64,000 nucleotides of DNA. It comes from an uncultured bacterium. Lineage in GTDB: Bacteria; Bacteroidota; Rhodothermia; Balneolales; DATFMH01. The stretch's first letter is position 1. Each line of letters starts with the position of its first letter. A program made the translations under genes and the position numbers. The stretch is from positions 67,524-131,523 of the forward strand of contig CAWBCD010000009.1 of assembly GCA_963787205.1 (NCBI GenBank). The letters run 5' to 3'. The notes under the pieces were generated by a model. That model searched no databases. It saw nothing but the letters and a program-made list of their open reading frames with translations, and had not been told where the DNA came from. This document shows, in pieces, positions 20,071 to 29,647 of the stretch.

Positions 20071-21477
20071 ATGAAATCATCAGAGTTAACCCGAACTATT
20101 CCGTTTATCATAGGTATGATTCTGATGGCCATGCCGGTGGAGATTTTCGCTCAGCAGCTAGGCGAAGTCAAGAATCTGTCGCTGACTATCTATAATAACA
20201 ATCAGGCTTTGGTCAATGAAACCCGCATGCTGGATGCACAAAAGGGTGTCTTTACTGTAGGGCTCGACAATATTTCAACGCAGGTTGATCCTTCGTCGAT
20301 GGTGATTCGGTTCCCCGGCGAGGTAATCAAACAGGACTATAAGCAACAACATACAACTATGCAGGATGTGCTGAAATCGTACATTGGTCATCAGATCCGC
20401 TTCGTCAACACAACCGGACAAGTGAGGGGAGGAGAACTGGTAGCTTTGGATGGCGATCATGCCATTATCCATTCGCCGAATGAAGGCGGGTACATAGTTA
20501 TTAGTCATGTTTGGGATCACACGTTTATCCTGGATAATCTGCTTGCCAGGCCCAGTGATACCAATTCCATTACATGGACACTGAAGGATTCAAAAGGTGG
20601 AAATCAGCCTTTTCATCTTACCTATCAAACGGGTGGTCTCAGCTGGAATGTCCATTATAATCTGATTCTGCGGGAGGACCAGAAAGCAGATCTCAAAGGA
20701 TGGGCAAATATTGAAAATCAAACAGGTAATGATTTTACGAATACAGATATCTCTCTGTTAGCCGGGAATATCAACCAAAATGTCAATATCAGACCGCTTA
20801 GAATCGATTCGTATATGAAGGTTGGTGAATCAGCACGTGCAGCGAATGACGCTGCACCTCAGGAACGATCTTTTTCAGACTATCATCTCTATGAGTTGCC
20901 GGGGAAACAATCGATTTCGGCTCACAGCAAACAGATGGTTCCCTTAGTGGATGGGAATGATGTATCAGTGAAAAAAGAGTACGTGTATCAGCCCGGCGAA
21001 TATTATAGTGCGCCCGGCAGGGTAAACAGTAAAGCAGTTATGATCAGGTATACTGTGATCAACACAGAAAAGAATCATCTTGGAAAGCCATTGCCGGCCG
21101 GCGATGTATCTATTTACAAGAAGGATAACGGTTATCTGGTATTGTTGGGAAAGGACAGTATCAATCACACGGCTGTTGACGATTCGATTACCGTAACCCA
21201 GGGAGAAGCATTTGATGTCAAGGGATCAGACAAGGTCACCGATATCCGTCATATTTCACCCAAGGTCACAGAAAGGGATATTTCCGTAGCCTTATCCAAT
21301 CACAAAAAATCCGACATAACTGTTTCGGTAATTCAGCATTTGAGTAACAGAGATCAGATTATTAAATCAAACTATCCCTATAAAAAGAGGTCGGCGTACA
21401 TTTTTGAGTTTCGTATCCCGGTTAAATCGAAGAAAACGAATCGTCTCGAATATAGCGTACGCGAGACCAATCCCTGA
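20071..21477 (+). CDS. DUF4139-type secreted protein
   Basis: It has a signal peptide. The 'LTIYNNNQALVNETR...' N-terminal region and long beta-rich body resemble DUF4140/DUF4139 proteins. Confidence 0.5.
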   Translation: MKSSELTRTIPFIIGMILMAMPVEIFAQQLGEVKNLSLTIYNNNQALVNETRMLDAQKGVFTVGLDNISTQVDPSSMVIRFPGEVIKQDYKQQHTTMQDVLKSYIGHQIRFVNTTGQVRGGELVALDGDHAIIHSPNEGGYIVISHVWDHTFILDNLLARPSDTNSITWTLKDSKGGNQPFHLTYQTGGLSWNVHYNLILREDQKADLKGWANIENQTGNDFTNTDISLLAGNINQNVNIRPLRIDSYMKVGESARAANDAAPQERSFSDYHLYELPGKQSISAHSKQMVPLVDGNDVSVKKEYVYQPGEYYSAPGRVNSKAVMIRYTVINTEKNHLGKPLPAGDVSIYKKDNGYLVLLGKDSINHTAVDDSITVTQGEAFDVKGSDKVTDIRHISPKVTERDISVALSNHKKSDITVSVIQHLSNRDQIIKSNYPYKKRSAYIFEFRIPVKSKKTNRLEYSVRETNP

Positions 21478-21523
21478 AATTTAACGGGTTACTTCGAATG
21501 ACTTGAGAAGGTGTCGTTGTACG

Positions 21524-22246
21524 TTATTGCTCATTGTACTGAGCCATCTCCTGGAGTGTGAGTCGGCCTTCATAATAGGCGCGGCCGACGACGACGCCGT
21601 AGACCTTCGTGGCAGCTAATTTCTTCAGGTCGACGATACCGGACACACCGCCTGAAGCTATGAATTGAAGCTTGGGGTACATTCTCATCAGTTGCTGGTA
21701 TAGTGCGATATTCGAACCTTCGAGGGTGCCATCGCGGGAAATATCGGTACACAGCACATATTTTAACCCGGATGCGATCATCTCTTCGAGGTATTCCTCA
21801 TTCGATCGTGTGGCTTGCTCCTGCCATCCGGAGATGGCGATGCGGCCATTTTTCAGGTCCATGCCGAAGATGCACCGCTCGGGTCCGTATGTTGTCAGGA
21901 CCTTTCCCCAGGCGTCCGGGTTTTTAATAGCCATAGAACTGCTGATGATCTTGCTGATGCCGATATCCAAAAGTTTTGCTGCATCTTCATAAGTGCGAAT
22001 GCCGCCCCCCGTCTGTACGGATAAGCCCGTTCCTTCAATGATGCGCTGAATATGCGGAAGGTTGACAAAATGACCATCCCGGGCTCCGTTCAGATCGACA
22101 ATGTGGATGTGACGGAATCCGGCCTGTTCAAAGGCGTGCGCCTGAGTGAGAGGATCATGATTATAGATCTGAGATTGATCATAATCTCCTTTTGACAGGC
22201 GCACCACATTCCCATCAAGCAAGTCGATAGCCGGTATAACGTGCAT
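21524..22246 (-). CDS. hisA: ProFAR isomerase
   Basis: It has 'MHVIPAIDLLDGNVVRLSKGDY', 'HIVDLNGA', 'VQTGGGIR' and 'GVVVGRAYYEG'. The start is at the internal Met that gives the canonical N-terminus. Confidence 0.93.
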   Translation of the reverse strand: MHVIPAIDLLDGNVVRLSKGDYDQSQIYNHDPLTQAHAFEQAGFRHIHIVDLNGARDGHFVNLPHIQRIIEGTGLSVQTGGGIRTYEDAAKLLDIGISKIISSSMAIKNPDAWGKVLTTYGPERCIFGMDLKNGRIAISGWQEQATRSNEEYLEEMIASGLKYVLCTDISRDGTLEGSNIALYQQLMRMYPKLQFIASGGVSGIVDLKKLAATKVYGVVVGRAYYEGRLTLQEMAQYNEQ

Positions 22247-22433
22247 AGTAGAAAAACTGGTTAAATGTATGTATTGGGAAAATACAATTCCCCACATTAA
22301 AATGTCAGACAATGAGTTGCAAGAAAATCTGAAAAGAAGGAATGGTTACGATTAATAGTTCGTTGATTTTTTGTGGGTTATTGTTAATATACGAGTGTGA
22401 TCGGATTTTTTTGACGATTGCTGTTGGAATAAA

Positions 22434-24464
22434 ATGCTCATCTCCATTCGAAGAATATTAACATGTGTGACATTACTGGCAGTATATCTGTCGTGTAACC
22501 CTAATATTACATTTGCAGTATTACTGGTATCACAGGAGTCGGGTGGCGGCACGAAGGTCGCGTACAAACAAGGATTAGATCAACTTCAGAACGGCGACTG
22601 GCAGGCGGCAGTCAATACTTGGGCAACTGCTTTGAAAATACAGGAGGGCAGGCAGGCAATCGAATTAAAAATGGCCGTTCAATATATACAAACGGTCACC
22701 GAACACGAGGATGTCAGTAGCTATGCAGATGCCTGTAATTATTATCTGAATGCCTTCCGTCAGGCTAATTGGAATCGTGAACCCGAGGCCCTGAAAGAAG
22801 AATTTGACAGGCTAATGCCCATTGTCCCCCGCAAAGATCAGAAAGAGTGGAAAAAGGAGATCAAGCATAAAGATCCGGCGATTTTCGATAAAGTCGTAAA
22901 ATTTTGGGAGATGCTCGATCCAATCACATCGACTGCAATTAACGAGCGGCTGATCGAACACTGGAGTCGTATTGCGTATGCAAGAAAGCATTTTACAAGG
23001 GCACATAATACTGTCTATCATACCGATGACCGCGGGTTAATATATGTGAAATTCGGCAAGCCGGATCTGGAGGAGAAAAATACGGTCCTCCCACCAAATC
23101 AGATCATAAATCCAGTAACAGGTGGACCGCTATTGGTGAATGGGATGGCCTTCAGGCCCATGATCCCGCTTATACTGGAGACGGATCTGTGGAAATATGA
23201 TTTTTCAAATCGCGGAGAACCATCGTATTACCTGTTTGGTAGTAATGCAAAAGGTGGCGGTGAATATGGACTTCAGGCTGGAATAATGCATATGATACCG
23301 ACCTATGGATATTCTTTTGCCATGGCAGGGATGGATCGCAATGGCGGAGCGCTGATGATTAAGTATTCCATGATCGGAGAATTAATCGGGGTTACCGGTT
23401 ATTACGACAGGATCTATAATGAAATAACGAGTGCCTTGATTTCCCGAAATGCCAACAGAAATGCAGGAAGCGCAGTCTTTCAGGCTCCGGATATTCTTCA
23501 CCGGTTTGAATTCCAGGAAAGAGAACAATCACATCGTCGTGATATTGAGTCACCCGCATCGACAACGAGTCTGATAACTACTGGTAATCTCATTCCGGTC
23601 GACTATAATTACTTTCGTTATTTAAATGATGAGAATCAAACCGAATACCTGCTTGTTCTTGATCCCAATCTGAAAAAACTGGATAAACGTTTGAGCAATA
23701 AAAACCTGGAAAAGCACCCGGTCAAAGACCTGAGAATGAAAAGTTCGTTACTTGCAATCGATACTGTGGGTCATCGACATGTCTTTGCTACCCGTGATCT
23801 TAATTTGCTTCAGATCATGGATACGAGAGGTGACATTTCTTATTTCTTCAACCCGGATACTACCGGTCCATCTCCAATTACCGGAATCGATATTTTCGCG
23901 GACGAAGGTCGTGTGATCCATCCTTCCAAATTTCCAATTAAGATATTTAGCGATAATGGGCTGAAACATGATAGTGTGGCTTATCAGGGTGTCCAGCCCG
24001 TGTTTAGCACAGGCCCTTTACAATTACCTCTTCCCCATCCCATTAAGTGGGAACCGGGGCACATAGCCATTAGTGATCCGATTCTGGGATACCGGCAAAA
24101 TGTGGATTCAGATAAACGTATTCCATTTACCCCGGTACTGGATCCTACGTTTTGGAATGGCGATGAAATCCTGGTTTTCTTTGAAGTTTACGACCACGAT
24201 ATTAATAATTATTCGATCGAATTCAGCTATGAGAAGTACCAGGACAGTATCCTGTTGAAAAAACCAAAACCCTATAATAAAAATGCCAACGTTACGGCTT
24301 TGTTTAAGCGCGAGGGTGATCACGACAGAAAATGGTTCTACCTGAAACTCAATGGTTTCAAAGTGGGTGCATATAACCTGAAGATGAAGGTTAAAGACAA
24401 TAAGGGACATGTTCAGGGGACAAAATCCGTAAACTTCAGGATTGCAGAGGCACCTGATCAATGA
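22434..24464 (+). CDS. GWxTD-domain-like secreted protein
   Basis: It has a signal peptide. The 'HTDDRGLIYVKFGKPD' block fits the GWxTD(RG..YI.YG.P) motif with the GW replaced. Confidence 0.5.
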   Translation: MLISIRRILTCVTLLAVYLSCNPNITFAVLLVSQESGGGTKVAYKQGLDQLQNGDWQAAVNTWATALKIQEGRQAIELKMAVQYIQTVTEHEDVSSYADACNYYLNAFRQANWNREPEALKEEFDRLMPIVPRKDQKEWKKEIKHKDPAIFDKVVKFWEMLDPITSTAINERLIEHWSRIAYARKHFTRAHNTVYHTDDRGLIYVKFGKPDLEEKNTVLPPNQIINPVTGGPLLVNGMAFRPMIPLILETDLWKYDFSNRGEPSYYLFGSNAKGGGEYGLQAGIMHMIPTYGYSFAMAGMDRNGGALMIKYSMIGELIGVTGYYDRIYNEITSALISRNANRNAGSAVFQAPDILHRFEFQEREQSHRRDIESPASTTSLITTGNLIPVDYNYFRYLNDENQTEYLLVLDPNLKKLDKRLSNKNLEKHPVKDLRMKSSLLAIDTVGHRHVFATRDLNLLQIMDTRGDISYFFNPDTTGPSPITGIDIFADEGRVIHPSKFPIKIFSDNGLKHDSVAYQGVQPVFSTGPLQLPLPHPIKWEPGHIAISDPILGYRQNVDSDKRIPFTPVLDPTFWNGDEILVFFEVYDHDINNYSIEFSYEKYQDSILLKKPKPYNKNANVTALFKREGDHDRKWFYLKLNGFKVGAYNLKMKVKDNKGHVQGTKSVNFRIAEAPDQ

Positions 24465-24587
24465 TTATCGACCAATAAGGAATTGGTGTGCAGGCGGTTT
24501 TACGATAAACTGACAGTTGTGATTATTGATAACTATAGTAACGTGAATTCGTGATAAGAAAACAGGATCTATTCAACCCCGGATTGT

Positions 24588-24607
24588 ATCCGCCGCGGCG
24601 GATTTTA
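24588..24607 (+). terminator. Candidate intrinsic terminator
   Basis: ATCCGC-cgcg-GCGGAT is a 16-bp perfect palindrome followed by TTTTA, about 125 nt after the GWxTD stop. Confidence 0.5.
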
Positions 24608-24704
24608 GTGTTCATTTGAAATGATGTTTTTTCTGTAAAAATTTAAAATCATTAACTTATGTGTAATTTTATGGTGAATTAAGCCCGAATGGACTTGAAC
24701 ATGA

Positions 24705-24911
24705 ATAGCACCGGGTGACAAGCCGGTTGCAGGACTTATCTATGGCATTTTCATCTGGACAGTGATGAATTTTCTGGTTGTGCCATTATCCAACACTCAG
24801 AAATTCCCATTAACCCTCAGTCATGCATTTTTTGGGGCACTGTATGTGATGTTTTGTGTCGGTTTGCCGGTATCGCTCATGTATCACCGTTTTAAAAGTA
24901 AAAATCTGTGA
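24705..24911 (+). pseudogene. C-terminal remnant of a small membrane protein
   Basis: The open frame '..GDKPVAGLIYGIFIWTVMNFLVVPLSNTQKFPLTLSHAFFGALYVMFCVGLPVSLMYHRFKSKNL*' begins right after a stop and has no plausible start before the first TM helix. Confidence 0.35.
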
Positions 24912-25055
24912 TTGGGATATTGGCAGAAACCACGTTGCCCATTCTGTTTTGAGCGCTATCAGTAGTTAACAATGTATTTTATCGTTGCTTGGAGCTCTGG
25001 ATTTTGATAGCTATAATCATTCCAATGACCTGCATTGAAATTCATACGGTGGATT

Positions 25056-25847
25056 ATGAGAAAGACAACTTTATTATCAATTCTGCTTTTACTGGCACTG
25101 AATGTGTCGGCTCAATCTCAAACTTCAGTCCCGAATACAACGGGTCCATGGGTTCAGCTTTTTAACGGGGAAAATCTTGACGGATGGATACCTAAGTTTG
25201 CAGGATATAAATCCGGTGTGAATTACAAGAATACGTTCCGTGTCGAAGACGGATTGCTGAAGGTGTCCTATGATCAGTACAAGCATTTTGACGGGCAGTT
25301 TGGTCATCTTTTCTATAAGAAGAAGTTCTCAAGCTATATCCTGAGAGTTGTGTACCGTTTTGTGGGAAAGCAGGTGCCGGGTGGTCCGGTTTGGGGATAC
25401 CGTAACAACGGCATCATGATTTTCTGCCAGTCGCCCCAAAGCATGCGTATAGATCAGGCCTATCCGGTTTCCGTAGAAGTGCAGCTGCTGGGCGGCAACG
25501 GGAAGGATAAGCGACCCACAGCCAATGGATGTACGCCAGGTACAAACATTGTGATCGGCGGCAAACTGATAACTCAACACTGCAATCCATCAACCTCCCC
25601 CACATTTAATGGTGATCAGTGGGTTACGGTGACCGTAGAAGTGCATTCAGATTCCCTGATCCGTAATTACGTAAACGGTAAGTCCGTCTTCCAGTTCAGC
25701 AAACCACAGCTTGATCCCGATGATCCGGATGGAAAGCGATTGTTACAGAAAGAGCCTAAAATTCTGAAAGACGGGTATATCTCAATACAGGCGGAAAGTG
25801 CGCCGACTGAGTTTAAGGTGATTGAGATTAAGGAAATCAAGGATTAG
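25056..25847 (+). CDS. DUF1080 (3-keto-disaccharide hydrolase-like) domain protein
   Basis: It has a signal peptide, 'WVQLFNGENLDGW', 'FRVEDGLL' and a C-terminal 'GYISIQAESAPTEFKVIEIKE'. Confidence 0.7.
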   Translation: MRKTTLLSILLLLALNVSAQSQTSVPNTTGPWVQLFNGENLDGWIPKFAGYKSGVNYKNTFRVEDGLLKVSYDQYKHFDGQFGHLFYKKKFSSYILRVVYRFVGKQVPGGPVWGYRNNGIMIFCQSPQSMRIDQAYPVSVEVQLLGGNGKDKRPTANGCTPGTNIVIGGKLITQHCNPSTSPTFNGDQWVTVTVEVHSDSLIRNYVNGKSVFQFSKPQLDPDDPDGKRLLQKEPKILKDGYISIQAESAPTEFKVIEIKEIKD

Positions 25848-25862
25848 AAATTCGAAAATAGA

Positions 25863-25918
25863 AATTAGGATGTCAGGCAGGGGTGATTCGCGAATCACCC
25901 CTGCCTGACATCCTAATT
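25863..25918. repeat. 56-bp perfect palindrome (28-bp arms)
   Basis: AATTAGGATGTCAGGCAGGGGTGATTCG|CGAATCACCCCTGCCTGACATCCTAATT, checked base by base. It lies between convergent genes and could act as a bidirectional terminator. Confidence 0.95.
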
Positions 25919-25934
25919 ATAAAATAGTCCATTG

Positions 25935-26492
25935 CTAGACCCTGCCTTTAGATTCACCGTTGACCAAGGCTGCACCAATGAGATGCGCTACGCGCAGGGG
26001 TTCGGGCATCGTAGATTTTTGGAGCGTGGATCGGATCAGTCTTTTGGCGTCATGTTCCGTCGTACCGGAGAAAGAGGCAAAAATTCCATCATCGATTTCT
26101 ACAGACGATGGATTGTTATTTAAAACGGGCAGCAAATCGGACAACCCTGCTGCTATGAGTGCTGTGTCGAGGGTGCTATTGTGGGTGTTCTGACGAGTGA
26201 CGGTGATCACCGGCAGGTTTAATTCCCGTGTAAGTGTAGGGAGATGCAACAACCCGAGTCCGGCGATGGTGATACCTCCAAAAACGATTCCCTGAAGGGA
26301 GGGTGTCCATCGCAGCTCCCTGATCCAGCCGATCAGGAATCGTGTTGCATCCGGATCGTCAATCTTCATCCTGTTCACGGCCACCCCATCGACCAAAGTG
26401 GCTCCCTCCATCATCACGGCCACGACAGGTACCGACGTGTCTTTTCCCTTCGTAAAGGGAGCATCGTCAATTCCAAGAACATGAGGTCGCAT
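25935..26492 (-). CDS. DUF99 / UPF0215 (endonuclease-V-like fold) family protein
   Basis: 'VLGIDDAPF...VPVVAVMMEG...DGVAV..MKIDDPDAT..L...I......LQGIVFGGITIAG' matches my memory of the mostly archaeal DUF99 family. Confidence 0.6.
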   Translation of the reverse strand: MRPHVLGIDDAPFTKGKDTSVPVVAVMMEGATLVDGVAVNRMKIDDPDATRFLIGWIRELRWTPSLQGIVFGGITIAGLGLLHLPTLTRELNLPVITVTRQNTHNSTLDTALIAAGLSDLLPVLNNNPSSVEIDDGIFASFSGTTEHDAKRLIRSTLQKSTMPEPLRVAHLIGAALVNGESKGRV

Positions 26493-26494
26493 AA

Positions 26495-26515
26495 CAGTAA
26501 TCAGTTAACAGTAAA
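26495..26515. repeat. Heptamer array CAGTAAT CAGTTAA CAGTAAA
   Basis: Three 7-bp units start 2 nt from the DUF99 start codon. Confidence 0.7.
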
Positions 26516-26527
26516 ACAATTAACACG

Positions 26528-26559
26528 ATGTAGGGGTGATTCGCGAATCACCCCTACAT
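26528..26559. repeat. 32-bp perfect palindrome sharing a 24-bp core with 25879-25902
   Basis: ATGTAGGGGTGATTCG|CGAATCACCCCTACAT. The core AGGGGTGATTCGCGAATCACCCCT is identical in both palindromes. Confidence 0.95.
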
Positions 26560-26720
26560 TCAATTCATAAAGGTAACAAGAAATAAAAACCGGGGAACCA
26601 GCATTCTCAAATTATTGTCCCATTAGACTCACCATTAGTAACTTTACCCTGTTGATCGCTGAAAGTTGACTGCCGATAGCTTTTAACACTTAAACACCCT
26701 CACACCTTAACACTTCCCAA

Positions 26721-27455
26721 ATGAATCTCACAGGAAATACCATTTTAATAACCGGTGGCACCTCCGGTATCGGTTTAGCCTTTACAAAAGAATTCCACAG
26801 GCTCGGAAACCAAATTATTATTTGCGGACGCAGAAAGGATCGGTTGAGTGATATTGGAAAACAGTACCCGGGCATTGTCACTAAGGCGTGTGATGTAAGC
26901 AGTGCAAAAGAAAGAGAAGAATTAGCAAAGTGGGCTGTTACTAATTATGATGATCTGAATGTGTTGATTAACAATGCAGGGATTCAATATGCTTTTGATT
27001 TCCAGAGTGCAGTGGATGCAAACAAACTCTATTCAGAAATTGATATCAATTTCAAGGCTCCCGTTCATCTTGCCTCGCTATTTGTGGGCCATCTGAAAAC
27101 AAAAACGCAATCGGCAATCATCAATATTTCTTCCGGACTGGCGTTCGTTCCCATCGCTTTTATGCCGGTATATTGCGCAACCAAGGCTGGTATCCACTCA
27201 TTTACTCTTTCCTTGCGGCATCAATTAAAAGACACCTCTATAAAAGTTTTTGAGATAGCGCCACCATCCGTTGACACGGAACTTGGTCATGATCGCAGAG
27301 CCGATAAGACACAAACACACGGAGGTATGCCGGTTGAGGAGTTTCTTAGAGAGGCTATGGAAGCTTTGGAAAATGATACCTACGAAGCTTTGATCGGTGG
27401 AGCCAAAAACCTGCACGATCAAAATGAAAAATTATTCGCCGCAATGAATCATTGA
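26721..27455 (+). CDS. Short-chain dehydrogenase/reductase (SDR) family oxidoreductase
   Basis: It has the 'ILITGGTSGIGLA' Rossmann motif, 'NNAG' and the 'YCATKAG' catalytic Y-x-x-x-K. Confidence 0.88.
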   Translation: MNLTGNTILITGGTSGIGLAFTKEFHRLGNQIIICGRRKDRLSDIGKQYPGIVTKACDVSSAKEREELAKWAVTNYDDLNVLINNAGIQYAFDFQSAVDANKLYSEIDINFKAPVHLASLFVGHLKTKTQSAIINISSGLAFVPIAFMPVYCATKAGIHSFTLSLRHQLKDTSIKVFEIAPPSVDTELGHDRRADKTQTHGGMPVEEFLREAMEALENDTYEALIGGAKNLHDQNEKLFAAMNH

Positions 27456-27532
27456 TACTTGACAATTCATAGGTAAAAACATCAGGGATTTGATATTGCC
27501 AGGACATGCAACGACTTTTCTGACCCTGACTT

Positions 27533-27605
<73 letters not shown>

Positions 27606-28847
27606 TTAAAACGACCACCGCAGCCTCGCATAAAGCAGGTTCGGTGTGGGGTAGATTTGCTCAATGGCCTTGTTGCGAATAATCTGTGCCAGCAGAAGAA
27701 AATCAATATCCTCGGTTACCGAATAGGTGATTTGCGGAATAATGATAGTCAGCCGGTTGGAGAAACCTTCAATTCCGGATAATCCTACATTAAGAAGAGG
27801 TGTCGCCGGAAACGTTACCTGGGCAAAGCCGGCTGTACGGGTGATGAACAGGTTGTTGGCCTGCAACGTCTCACCAAATAAAGCTTGCGGATTTAGTCTG
27901 GACGGGGCATTTCCGTTATAGAGGAACTCGCCGCTGATATAGAGACCGCTGCTAAAGGCATAGTCGCCCGATGTAGACAATAGCAGGTAGAAATTTTTTG
28001 CAGGATGGGAATATAGCGGGTGATAGATTGAAAACTCTCCCTTAAACCCTGCCTGGCCGATGGAACCGGCCCAGCCACCACCCACAACGGCCTGATCGTG
28101 ATAGTAGCCTCCCAGAAACTGCAGATCATATAATCCTTTATGCGTGCGAATCAGGATTGCTCCAACCGATTGCTTCATATTGTGCCGATCCGGTTTGAAG
28201 GCAAATTCGTACCCGGAGGCAAACCCACTGAAATACTGCAGACGGATGGCATCGGAACCCGGCTTCTCCTCGTAATCGAAGTCCAGATAGGAATAGGCGT
28301 TGAACAGGTCGTTGGGATTCCAAACATATGTTTTCCCCCAGTTGATGCGCTGCCGTCCCACGTCGAGCTCCCATTTTCCGGAATACCAGGTGGCATATAA
28401 ACGGTCGATGGAGGTATTCAGGATGGTCTGTTTGGTATCGATCCAGTTCCAGCTCAGATCCACGAGTCCCTGGTCCTGGGAGATTATTGAACCATACCCG
28501 GGTGTATGCCGAACCGTGTATCCATTAAACAACCGCGTTCTCTCGGCTGCATTGATCTGAAAAGACATATTTGGCTTCCATTGAAAATTAACCCGGTTGT
28601 GAAGCAGGTTGTCATAATGAAGAGTCTGGAAGGAGTTATCAACCTGGAGCATCCCCAATTCTTTGACGTAGCCATTAGCCGTCAGATGGGGAATACGAAA
28701 CTGGCCGTAAGCCAGAAAGGGAACCAACAAAAGCAGGAAAGCTATAACGAAACCCGCCGTGATTTTTCGTGCCTGTGTGGCGATTCTCAAAAGGTAATCT
28801 CTCTTACGTTTAGTTTTATTTGAATAATAGTATAGTCTGAGATTCAT
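27606..28847 (-). CDS. Putative outer-membrane beta-barrel protein (last gene of the ABC operon)
   Basis: It has an N-terminal anchor/signal 'AGFVIAFLLLLVPFLAYGQ', an alternating beta-strand-like sequence rich in Y/G/N, and a C-terminal '...YARLRWSF' aromatic terminus typical of OMPs. Confidence 0.55.
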   Translation of the reverse strand: MNLRLYYYSNKTKRKRDYLLRIATQARKITAGFVIAFLLLLVPFLAYGQFRIPHLTANGYVKELGMLQVDNSFQTLHYDNLLHNRVNFQWKPNMSFQINAAERTRLFNGYTVRHTPGYGSIISQDQGLVDLSWNWIDTKQTILNTSIDRLYATWYSGKWELDVGRQRINWGKTYVWNPNDLFNAYSYLDFDYEEKPGSDAIRLQYFSGFASGYEFAFKPDRHNMKQSVGAILIRTHKGLYDLQFLGGYYHDQAVVGGGWAGSIGQAGFKGEFSIYHPLYSHPAKNFYLLLSTSGDYAFSSGLYISGEFLYNGNAPSRLNPQALFGETLQANNLFITRTAGFAQVTFPATPLLNVGLSGIEGFSNRLTIIIPQITYSVTEDIDFLLLAQIIRNKAIEQIYPTPNLLYARLRWSF

Positions 28848-28922
28848 TGTATTAATTTTATTGTCACAGAAACACGGAGGTAACACGGAGCAAAGTTCTA
28901 TCTATCTCTTGATTTGTGGGCA

Positions 28923-29636
28923 CTATTCACCTATTTCTTTCTTCATAACATCCTGCATCACATCGCTTGCAATATGTCCGTCAACCAAGGTAATGACACG
29001 CAAAGCACGGTCGATCACGCGCTGGTCGTGTGTGGCAAAAATAAAGGTCATGTTTTCTTTGCGGTTCATTTCAGCCATGAGATCCATAAGCTGACCGGTA
29101 GATACCGAATCGAGGTTGGCCGTTGGTTCGTCGGCCAGGATATACCGGGGTTTGGATGCCAGGGCTCGGGCAACGGCAACTCGTTGCTGTTGGCCCCCGG
29201 AAAGCTCTGAGGGCCGATTGTCCATCCGGTCACCGAGCCCTACTGTGGTCAGAAGTTCTTCACTTCGTTGGCGACATTCCTTTTCTGACAGGCCTTGTAA
29301 CCGCATGATAAACTCAACATTTTCGCGTGCCGTAAACACAGGGATCAGGTTATATGATTGGAAGACGAACCCGATGTTGTGCAACCGGAAATCGATGAGT
29401 TTGCTGTCACTCAGGTTGGCCAGGTCGCTGCCGCTGACATGCACGCTGCCCTCATCCGGGCGGTCGAGTCCCCCAAGCATGTTTAACAGTGTCGACTTAC
29501 CCGATCCGGATGGTCCGATGATAGCTGCAAAATCTCCCTGGTTGATACTCATCGTTACATTATTCAGGGCGCGCACAGGGACCTTTGTCTCTTGGTATGT
29601 ACGGGTTAAGTGTTCGGTTTCAATAACTTTTTCCAT
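28923..29636 (-). CDS. ABC transporter ATP-binding protein (MacB/LolD-like)
   Basis: It has Walker A 'GPSGSGKST', the signature '[15 protein letters not shown]' and Walker B 'ILADEPT'. Confidence 0.93.
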   Translation of the reverse strand: MEKVIETEHLTRTYQETKVPVRALNNVTMSINQGDFAAIIGPSGSGKSTLLNMLGGLDRPDEGSVHVSGSDLANLSDSKLIDFRLHNIGFVFQSYNLIPVFTARENVEFIMRLQGLSEKECRQRSEELLTTVGLGDRMDNRPSELSGGQQQRVAVARALASKPRYILADEPTANLDSVSTGQLMDLMAEMNRKENMTFIFATHDQRVIDRALRVITLVDGHIASDVMQDVMKKEIGE

Positions 29637-29647
29637 GAGAAATAATA

